DNA of 63,363 nucleotides, the filler included, from Octopus bimaculoides (lineage: Eukaryota), in assembly GCF_001194135.2 (NCBI RefSeq). It is 4 parts of 4 records of this genome, joined end to end, with 100 filler letters (N's around TTAATTAATTAA, not from the genome) between each part and the next. Parts side by side here need not be neighbours in the genome. Positions count along the whole stretch, not along the records: positions 61,116 to 63,363 come from NC_068983.1; 3 more parts are not named here. One strand, given 5' to 3'. Numbering within the stretch: the stretch's first letter is position 1; each line of letters starts with the position of its first letter. Below the pieces are notes generated by a model, which was not told the DNA's origin, did no database searches, and worked only from the letters and a program-made list of their open reading frames with translations. Below are positions 62,916-63,363 of this stretch, in pieces. The position numbers and the translations under genes were made by a program.

Positions 62916-63081
62916 AACACACAGTCATGATATTGCCGAAACATGTATATGTGTGTGTGTGGGCGCGCGTACGCATGTGTATGTGTGTGCATCGGTATAA
63001 GCTAAATACAAAAATATATACGTACACACTAACGCACACACACGCATGCATACGCACCGTGCGCGCGCGCGCACACACACA

Positions 63082-63306
63082 TATGAGGGATGGGTGCCGA
63101 AAAGTTCTTGGATTTAAGAGTACCGCAAAAGAGCCGGATGGAGGCCCTACCTTCTGAATACTTTTACTGGGCTAAGGAAAACTTAAGGACCGCTGCAATA
63201 TAAGTTTGTGAATCTGAAAGGGGAATATGTTGAATAATATTGTAATTGACTGATCCTCCAGTATTTTCTTTTACCCAAAGCCAGGAACTTTTCAGCAGCC
63301 TCTCGT
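63082..63306 (+). mobile_element. Mariner-derived non-autonomous element (MITE)
   Basis: TIRs tatgaggga...gccgaaaagttcttgg and ccaggaacttttcagcagcctctcgt; internal KDRCNKFVNLKGEYVE* is a mariner transposase C-terminus. Confidence 0.75.
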
Positions 63307-63363
63307 GTGTGTGTGTATGTATGTGTGTGCGTGCGTGCGTATGTTTGTGTGTGTGTGTATATA

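Overview
AT-rich, intron-containing animal genomic DNA, not prokaryotic. It is dense in tRNA-derived SINEs, microsatellites and N-gaps; the repeat repertoire and gap spacers look like a cephalopod (Octopus-type) assembly, which is an inference. One protein-coding gene could be rebuilt by hand on the minus strand. Nine GT-AG exons (23966 to 4438) splice in frame, with consistent phases, into a 345-aa PLEKHB/evectin-like protein: an N-terminal PH domain, a Pro/Tyr/Gln low-complexity linker with PSAP and PPGY motifs, a glycine-zipper hydrophobic segment and an unusual G/W/S/F tail. Its introns hold relics of RTE, Helitron, mariner and R4/Dong elements, SINE trains and several hairpins, one with a Penelope-type minimal hammerhead core. 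From about 26 kb onward the DNA keeps its CpGs and is mostly SSRs, SINEs, gaps and Penelope/CR1/mariner relics, plus a 250-bp palindrome in a rearranged triplication and a few candidate upstream exons. I found no convincing wholly new multi-gene system. The best leads are the evectin-like adaptor architecture, the hammerhead-like palindrome, and the dsRNA-forming inverted repeats inside the gene.
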